The position numbers and the translations under genes were made by a program. Source: a virus (lineage: Duplodnaviria > Caudoviricetes). From it: DNA of 64,000 nucleotides. The notes under the pieces are model-generated. The model was not told where the DNA came from. It searched no databases and saw only the letters and a list, made by a program, of their open reading frames with translations. Numbering within the stretch: the stretch's first letter is position 1; each line of letters opens with the position of its first letter. The stretch is from IMG/VR virus record IMGVR_UViG_3300033066_001054. One strand, written 5' to 3'. Below are positions 57,326-64,000 of this stretch, one piece after another.

Positions 57326-58206
57326 GGCAAAATGATGTTCAGCTCGTCCAGTAAGTATTGTTTCAGTCTCTGTGGCATATCATCACTATATGTCGTCCAA
57401 TAATCCACAAAGTCTGGCGTCCACGCCGTTAAATCAACCCATGCACTAACGAAATTGTACAGCGAGAGAGCTGCTTGGTCTGCAATCTCTGCTTGAGAAC
57501 GCCAGTTGCTGATTGCACTTGGATTAAAGTATGCAGCGCTGATTTCATCGGCAAAACCACCCCATGCCCTTGGTGACCTTTTGTCTGCAAAATACACCTT
57601 GGCTTCAGTCAAGCTGGTTGAGCCAGGGATATAATTGTCAACACTAATGACAAATCGCTGCAACTCTAGGTATTCAACTTCGTCACCTGGGTCTGTAATA
57701 GTGAACACAGACATATATTCACTATTCACAAGTTCAAGCGCTTCTTGAACTGAAATTGTTCTTCCTATGAGCAAAGGTGAGCCCTCGTTGGTCGCGCCGC
57801 CCTTGAATGGCAGCGCGTTGATATCCAGAAACGGAGTAGTGGACACTTTGTATGCTACAGCGTATGTGGCGCCGAAAACATAAACGTCATTGAGCGGACG
57901 AGCACCCAAGAACACATTATAATCAAACGCTACTTCATACGGTGATGAATCGTATTTTGCAGTCGGTGTTGCGTCGCCGTATTTTCGAAACAGACCAGTA
58001 CCAACCACTACAGGCTTCAAGGCATTGCTTGCATCTGATGGCTCGACCCAACAAGCACCGAACGAGCACTCTAAATTCCTTGAGGACAATGCTGTACCTA
58101 TGGCCATTTCTGCTGACGATAAGGCGCGGTCTTCAGCAGACAAAAACTTGTCTACTGATACCACAACTGCATTAACTATTTCTGCGCTTAAGAATGGTTG
58201 TGACAT
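57322..58206 (-). CDS. Hypothetical structural protein
   Basis: 294 aa, coupled on both sides within the tail operon. Confidence 0.65.
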   Translation of the reverse strand: MSQPFLSAEIVNAVVVSVDKFLSAEDRALSSAEMAIGTALSSRNLECSFGACWVEPSDASNALKPVVVGTGLFRKYGDATPTAKYDSSPYEVAFDYNVFLGARPLNDVYVFGATYAVAYKVSTTPFLDINALPFKGGATNEGSPLLIGRTISVQEALELVNSEYMSVFTITDPGDEVEYLELQRFVISVDNYIPGSTSLTEAKVYFADKRSPRAWGGFADEISAAYFNPSAISNWRSQAEIADQAALSLYNFVSAWVDLTAWTPDFVDYWTTYSDDMPQRLKQYLLDELNIILP

Positions 58207-61200
58207 CAGCTACTCCTTATTACTATGACATCACCAGGTGGGGCGCCGTCTGTATATGTTTCTAGTTCTTCTTGTGTTTTAGCCACTGCCAAATATGCAA
58301 TACCGTCTGCTAGTTCCGGACCAAGAGTTACTGCCGTTGGTGCAACTGCGTATGATGTGTCTGGGCTGATAAGTTCTGGAATTGGATTGGTTGTTGAGTA
58401 CCAAAACAGCTTTAGTTTTTGCGTTGTTGTATCTCTGTAATGCTCTACTACAATCGTGTATGTGTTTGATTGGTCAAGCGGGCCAGGAATAACATAACTT
58501 ACTGGCACATACGAAGGCGAATCCCATGTATCTATTACAGGTGTATCCATGTCTTCAAAGTACACACGCGCACCAGTGTTTGCCTCTAACACCAAAGTGT
58601 ATACCTCATCATCGTACAGTGGTCTAAAATTGCCTTCAAATCTTGCATTCCAGCTTTGGCCTAGTTCATCATCATCTCCTTCATAGTTTTCATAATTGAT
58701 ACTCTCTACAATTACATCTGTTGTAGGCTCGTCAGTGATGTCTAGGTCTTTCTCATCGCCAGAGGTCTTTGCCCAGAACTGAGCCCTCCAACCAGGAGCA
58801 GGTTCAAGGTGTATGATGTCTTTTTCAACGACGCGGCCGTCAACCCATAGTTTGACCTTTACAAATATGTCTCGACTTCTTGGTGCATATTCCCATGATG
58901 CAGTGTTAGAGTTATAGAATGCTCGAGGATAAATCGACAACTCCGATGGCTCTTCGAGTTGTCTCGAGGTGTATGACCAAAATGTGTCAACTTTGTATAC
59001 GTTGCTTTTTGTGTTGACTGCGGTATATCTGCGTTGGTCGTTTGGGGGTGGTAAATGTTCTGTGATGTTTGGGGTGTCGCGATTGAATGCGCCCAGAACT
59101 GCATATGTTTGTTGATAACAGTCTAGCCAAACATCTGATGAATGTGCAACCCACGTATCATCAGGGTGTCGATGTGCCACATACCCATTTGTGACATCGC
59201 TTGTGTCTTTGGGCACAAACACCCATCCGCCGCGTGGCGTTTCATCGAAGTAAAACTCTGCCCAGTAAGTGCCGGCAGACAATGTGTCTTCTGTTTCAAA
59301 TTTGTATTCAACCAGGCTGTCTGTAATGCTGCGCATCTCTGGACCTGTGGCTGTGGTCACCTCAACACCAGACGGAAAGTCTGCGACACTGGTAACAATG
59401 CGCATCCTGACCCTTTTACCAGTTCCATTCAGCAATGTACCATATGGATTTTCTTCCTGCAGAATAGCCGAAAGCAAAACACCGATACGGTCTGTGTCGC
59501 TTGGAACTGTTATCTTGATTGCTGTTTTGTCATAGCACAAAACCTCTTCGTAATATCCATCTTCTTGGTTAAACACAGGTGTTATTGTTTCGGTTTCTCC
59601 GTTGTATCCAGAAAGCCAAATAGTCCCAGATACCGGAGTCCAATCTGGTGTATCACGACCAGCATCGTAGTGCCATGCTGTAAGTGTAACTGGCTCTGTT
59701 TTAGATTCAACTGCAACAAATCCCCATGGCATTGCCTCTGTGGGTTCAATAACAAACCAGTAGACCCTTGCTTGTGCAAAGTTATGATTCAAGAAGAACT
59801 CTTTTTCAGTAAAATCAATGTCTGATATTGAATCAAATGTTACTGTGCCACCAGTTGCAATCAAATTTCCAGGCAATCCATCAACACTAGAGTACAGCGA
59901 AGCACGCAGCCCGGCACCTGGAGAATTAGTAAACTCACCGTCATATGATGACTTTCTAAGCCTGAGCTTAAACCCAGATATACCACTGTCAACCGAAGTT
60001 ACAATCTTGGTTGCAAAAGCCGGAAGTACAATTGCTGTTTCGTGGCCGGTATTGGATGTTTTGTCCAAGCCTGGGTCTTCTGACGCCAACACCTGATTGC
60101 CATATGACTCGAGCAAAGATGGGTCTAGTCCGCTTGGCGCGATGGTAAACGAATCTCCACGAGCGACCTCTGGTTCTACGGGTTCGTCTGGGGTTGACGA
60201 ATCTGCAAAATCAAAGAAGCCGTTAAGATTGTTGACCCAATATGGAGAGTCATATGACGCAAGTTGCGACACACAAACTCCAAGTTCGTCAAGTGAGATG
60301 AATTTGTTATCATACTGCCTTAGGTCAATAATCAAAAATTGCCCGCCGTTGTCAAGGAAATCTCTGACTGCATCGTCTATTTGTTCTTGTGAATACCCTT
60401 GGTTCTCAAGATTCTTTCTGAATTGCTCTTCTGTAACTAGTGTTTCATCATCCGGTGACACCACACGAGTGTTGATAATACGATAGTCACGCATAGACAA
60501 GTCGGGGATTACGCCGGCGTATCCGTGTAATCGAAATTCGTTCATGTACTGCAGGGTGTCTTTTTTGAAGTAACCCAGTGTTGACAATCCCGCTGCTATT
60601 CTTGCGTCGTATTCGCTGTCGGAAAGATAGTATTTTGATGCAGTGACGTACAGGTCTTTCTCAAATTGATTTTCGTCAAAGTCTTGTAATTTAAGCCTAA
60701 GAGTGTAGTCATTTGTAAGTCTGTCAGCAGAACTATCTGATGTAATCGCGTCGCACTGGTCTGATTCATCCATGAACACTTCAAACGTATTTGAGACGTC
60801 AAGTACTTCGCCTGTTGTGCTCAGCAAATTTGAATCAAGCCTTGCCATAACTGTTGACGGTGGACGAGTTGCAATGTCTGAAACCACCCTGCGCTCATCA
60901 GCATCAAACTCAAATGATTGATAACCGTCTTCTGGCACCAATTCACTGTTTATTGGTGTTTTTAGCGCGGCTCTGAAAGCCTTGGACGACGTGTTGTTTT
61001 CGTTTCTGAGATTCGACAGTCCAGTAAGGATGGTATTTGGTAAATAAGCACCAGGGGGTAGTAGACCATACGCCAGGCTCGAAATTGGTGTATCAATCGA
61101 GTACAATCTTAACTCAAGCAACGACAGATACAATGCAAATAACAGTCTCTCAATTGCGTCTGGGTCTTCAACAGGCGGCCGGGCAAACGAAAGTGCATCT

Positions 61201-62675
61201 TGTGACATCCAAGCAATGTAAAAATGGCAATTCAGTGATGATATTTCATCTGAATTAGCATCATCAACATCACCAATGTCTGCAAGCAGTGTCCTGAATG
61301 ATGCGTCTCTTTGGTCGACAATGTCATATAGCGCACCTGGTGCCCTAACAACAACAATGCGGCCGAGAGTTTCATATCCATCAATTTCTGGTGGAAAATA
61401 CGGACATTCATCCCAGTTCTCTGGCCAAAACTCAGCAGTAACCTCTGGACCGACCGATAGTAACGGCTTGACATCTGGTGATTCATAATCGCTCTTCTGT
61501 GGTCGACCCATAAGGCGTATACAACAAGCTGCGCCTTTTCTTAGGTCTCGTAAATATCCAGTGAGTGCGCCCGTGTACCCAACCGGTGTGGCGGCTTCCC
61601 AATCTTGCAAAGAATACAAACTAGGCACTGGCGGGTCACTATATTCGCCGTCATAAAACTTGAAATGCGTGCGATTTTTGGCGCGTAAAAACGAATAGGC
61701 TGCATAAATTGAATCAAGTGTCCATCCAAATTGAACACCAACGTCTTTTCTGAAAAAGTTCTTGCGAGTCCAAATGCGCACATTTGATATAGCGGTAATT
61801 GCTGGTAAACCAGGTATTCCGCTTATTGGTTCAAGCGATAGTTCTTCATGTGTGCCCCACAGTACAACTATATGCCAATAGCTGTTATCTACCCATGTGG
61901 TTACATTAGCCGGAACCCTAACAGTAATTCCATAAGTTGAACCTGTTTTTGAGACCTCCATGTCAAGCACGACAGGCATGTCTCCGTATGATGGAAGTGT
62001 TGTCGCATTCCACGATGAACCGGTTTTAGTTTGCACCAATTCATCATATGCATAGACCCTAATGTCTCTTGGTACATCAGTCTCTGCATCAATCAACATG
62101 CAACCATCTAATTTGTCTGCTGAAATTGTAAATGTAACCCAAGATGAAGCCCCAATTGTGCTGCCTGTTTCATTTAGCAACGACACCCATCTGCCGTGCT
62201 TAAAATACGGTACGTCTTGGTGCGCCGCACCATCCCATCGTTGCGGTCTGGTATATGTAAGTCTGCTGTCGTAATTGACACCCTCTGTATTGCCGGCCTG
62301 TGGTTCTACATCCCACGAACTCCATGCATTGTAATACCAGATACCCCAGCCTTCTGGAGAAGGCGGACCGTAATATCTTGGGTACCAGGTTGAAATGCCT
62401 GGGTCTTCGAACTCGGGTGCGTCATGGTCTTGCTCTTCCAATATGCCATCCATAACTCCGAAACGAACAGGGTCTTCAGTGTTGTATGCCAATAACCCTG
62501 AAGAACCATCTGAGTCATGGAATGTGGTAGCCTGGCGCAGTCGACACAGTGCTGACTCCATGCGCATTAGGGCGCCTGGGTATTTGTTTGTGTCGCCAAA
62601 GTCACCGAGCAGGCTGTTTCTTGCCATACCCAGCGCCTTATAAACTTGCTCGAATGCTACTCGGTCTAAATTCAT
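58206..62675 (-). CDS. Large virion structural protein with C-terminal PA14-like domain
   Basis: INYE...WNARFEGNF...YTLVLEANTGARVYF...VIDTW...YTIVVEHY...LKLFW fits PA14. Confidence 0.65.
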   Translation of the reverse strand: MNLDRVAFEQVYKALGMARNSLLGDFGDTNKYPGALMRMESALCRLRQATTFHDSDGSSGLLAYNTEDPVRFGVMDGILEEQDHDAPEFEDPGISTWYPRYYGPPSPEGWGIWYYNAWSSWDVEPQAGNTEGVNYDSRLTYTRPQRWDGAAHQDVPYFKHGRWVSLLNETGSTIGASSWVTFTISADKLDGCMLIDAETDVPRDIRVYAYDELVQTKTGSSWNATTLPSYGDMPVVLDMEVSKTGSTYGITVRVPANVTTWVDNSYWHIVVLWGTHEELSLEPISGIPGLPAITAISNVRIWTRKNFFRKDVGVQFGWTLDSIYAAYSFLRAKNRTHFKFYDGEYSDPPVPSLYSLQDWEAATPVGYTGALTGYLRDLRKGAACCIRLMGRPQKSDYESPDVKPLLSVGPEVTAEFWPENWDECPYFPPEIDGYETLGRIVVVRAPGALYDIVDQRDASFRTLLADIGDVDDANSDEISSLNCHFYIAWMSQDALSFARPPVEDPDAIERLLFALYLSLLELRLYSIDTPISSLAYGLLPPGAYLPNTILTGLSNLRNENNTSSKAFRAALKTPINSELVPEDGYQSFEFDADERRVVSDIATRPPSTVMARLDSNLLSTTGEVLDVSNTFEVFMDESDQCDAITSDSSADRLTNDYTLRLKLQDFDENQFEKDLYVTASKYYLSDSEYDARIAAGLSTLGYFKKDTLQYMNEFRLHGYAGVIPDLSMRDYRIINTRVVSPDDETLVTEEQFRKNLENQGYSQEQIDDAVRDFLDNGGQFLIIDLRQYDNKFISLDELGVCVSQLASYDSPYWVNNLNGFFDFADSSTPDEPVEPEVARGDSFTIAPSGLDPSLLESYGNQVLASEDPGLDKTSNTGHETAIVLPAFATKIVTSVDSGISGFKLRLRKSSYDGEFTNSPGAGLRASLYSSVDGLPGNLIATGGTVTFDSISDIDFTEKEFFLNHNFAQARVYWFVIEPTEAMPWGFVAVESKTEPVTLTAWHYDAGRDTPDWTPVSGTIWLSGYNGETETITPVFNQEDGYYEEVLCYDKTAIKITVPSDTDRIGVLLSAILQEENPYGTLLNGTGKRVRMRIVTSVADFPSGVEVTTATGPEMRSITDSLVEYKFETEDTLSAGTYWAEFYFDETPRGGWVFVPKDTSDVTNGYVAHRHPDDTWVAHSSDVWLDCYQQTYAVLGAFNRDTPNITEHLPPPNDQRRYTAVNTKSNVYKVDTFWSYTSRQLEEPSELSIYPRAFYNSNTASWEYAPRSRDIFVKVKLWVDGRVVEKDIIHLEPAPGWRAQFWAKTSGDEKDLDITDEPTTDVIVESINYENYEGDDDELGQSWNARFEGNFRPLYDDEVYTLVLEANTGARVYFEDMDTPVIDTWDSPSYVPVSYVIPGPLDQSNTYTIVVEHYRDTTTQKLKLFWYSTTNPIPELISPDTSYAVAPTAVTLGPELADGIAYLAVAKTQEELETYTDGAPPGDVIVIRSS

Positions 62676-63464
62676 TTACCGTCGTTCCCACGAATCAGTG
62701 GAGACGTTATCCGGACCATACTCGGCAACTCTAATCAGTTCTGTGGCCGACAATGAAGCAGTTGCCTTGTATAGCAGTTGTTGCCCTTCGCCGCCGTCAG
62801 ATGTCTTGATTTCGCCCATTACCACATTGTATAGAATTCGAACTGGTCTCCGCCATTTACTCTTATACGAGAGAATTCTTTGGCGTGCTTCATCTGACAG
62901 ATTTGGTATGACTGGATTGGTCATATCTACCACTGAATCATACATTTCTAAAAAGGCTGTCGCGGCCAGGGCACTATCCGCCAATGTTGGCGATGTTGAT
63001 GTGTGTGTGAGGTTCCAGATGTTATCAAAATCGCTCTGTGCAGATGTAACATACGTTGAAAGAATATCGTTGTGACTATCGGTAAAATGCTTTGGAGACA
63101 ATGCTGACTTTCCGCAAATTGGGCATATACCAACTACCCACATTCTTCGATGGTTGCGTAGAATGTCATTGAGCAATCTGGCTGCTTCTTGCGAAAACCT
63201 TTCACTCGATTGGCGCGAGGAACCCTGAACATATACCTCTATGTCAATTTTGTGTTGATACTCTTGGGCACCATAAACCTCATCTGATGTGGGTGTAGAT
63301 GTGCCCTTGATAATTACAGCAGGTGTATCTGTACCAACCAGTGTGAACTCGCCCAGATGCCACTTTTTGATTACTTGGTCGTAAATAGCCGGCAACGACT
63401 GGTTGTTTTTTGGCCATTCGTCAAACAGTATTCCGCGTATAGTTTCGTAGACATCTTCAATCAT
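62676..63464 (-). CDS. Probable neck/tail-completion protein with inserted C2H2-like Zn finger
   Basis: PAVIIK...IDIEVYVQ tail-terminator-like strands; CPICGK...HFTDSH insert; follows the adaptor gene. Confidence 0.5.
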   Translation of the reverse strand: MIEDVYETIRGILFDEWPKNNQSLPAIYDQVIKKWHLGEFTLVGTDTPAVIIKGTSTPTSDEVYGAQEYQHKIDIEVYVQGSSRQSSERFSQEAARLLNDILRNHRRMWVVGICPICGKSALSPKHFTDSHNDILSTYVTSAQSDFDNIWNLTHTSTSPTLADSALAATAFLEMYDSVVDMTNPVIPNLSDEARQRILSYKSKWRRPVRILYNVVMGEIKTSDGGEGQQLLYKATASLSATELIRVAEYGPDNVSTDSWERR

Positions 63465-63469
63465 TTATA

Positions 63470-63958
63470 TCACTTATTGCCTTGTGATTTACCCTCAACC
63501 GCTGGGTTCTTTGGCGCTCCTCTCAGGGTGTTTGAAATGAACCTGCTACTTCTGGTTCGCCTTTGCCCCTCGAGCACTATCTCACCATTTTGCAACCGCA
63601 CCATCATGTTTTCTGCCCAGTCTTCTCTGCGCTTTTGAGGCTCACTAGCTTCACGGTCTGCACCTTGAAGTTTCTGTTCGTAAATCATTTGTGCGGCCAT
63701 AATGGCACACACTGTTGGTATCGGAGAGGGAAAGTCAACCTCTCCGCCCTGATTAATCTTCTTTAGTGGCACGTCATAAACCGCACGTATCAAAGCATTG
63801 ATGCGTTGAGTTGCCTGCTCAATATAGAACTCGATGTTGTCGACCAAAAGATTCGCTGGTTCTGGGTTGTATGGGTCTGGTGTGCTATTAGTACCTTCAA
63901 CAACAATGTTGTTTGGCAAATACACAATCACGTCTTCAATGTTGCAATATGTTGTCAT
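63470..63958 (-). CDS. Head-tail adaptor (Mu gp36/DUF1320-like)
   Basis: YCNIEDV...IEQATQRINALIRAVYDVPL...CAIMAAQMIY...LQNGEIVL; AGGAG SD. Confidence 0.7.
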   Translation of the reverse strand: MTTYCNIEDVIVYLPNNIVVEGTNSTPDPYNPEPANLLVDNIEFYIEQATQRINALIRAVYDVPLKKINQGGEVDFPSPIPTVCAIMAAQMIYEQKLQGADREASEPQKRREDWAENMMVRLQNGEIVLEGQRRTRSSRFISNTLRGAPKNPAVEGKSQGNK

Positions 63959-64000
63959 ATGATTTCTCCTTTAGCGCCAGTTCCTGGTTGTGCCAATCCT

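Noticed and set aside
1-64000. Stop-codon reassignment, tRNA or rRNA genes
   Set aside because: Genes pack densely under the standard code with TAA, TAG and TGA all used as stops. No tRNA- or rRNA-like sequence was recognised in the short intergenic gaps (not scanned computationally).

Overview
This window is the virion-morphogenesis region of a large tailed (Caudoviricetes-type) bacteriophage using the standard genetic code. From left to right it contains: the 3' end of a UDP-galactopyranose mutase; a block of large hypothetical proteins, probably head-internal, up to 2539 aa; a portal fused to a DUF559-like nuclease domain; a 1418-aa prohead protease; an acidic scaffold; a head decoration protein; a compact 286-aa HK97-type major capsid protein (MCP); three tandem ~810-aa fibre/spike paralogues and a repeat fibre; RusA; a pyruvyltransferase-family gene and six glycosyltransferase-like genes; and a minus-strand neck/tail module. 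No terminase or tape-measure gene is recognisable in the window. The most striking feature lies just downstream of the MCP terminator (about 25745-26851). It is an operon of five overlapping mini-genes, each carrying a different, shuffled 32-51 aa segment of the MCP (about 55-78% identical, with heavy synonymous divergence) fused to one shared C-terminal motif, [LVF]xxY[MI][RK]x[WY]. Also notable are a 17-aa motif shared by five otherwise unrelated proteins (candidate capsid-targeting signal), a recurring AGG(T/C)-N16-xxTAA(G/A) promoter-like motif, and apparent leaderless starts. All family assignments are by eye from motifs and gene order, not from database searches.
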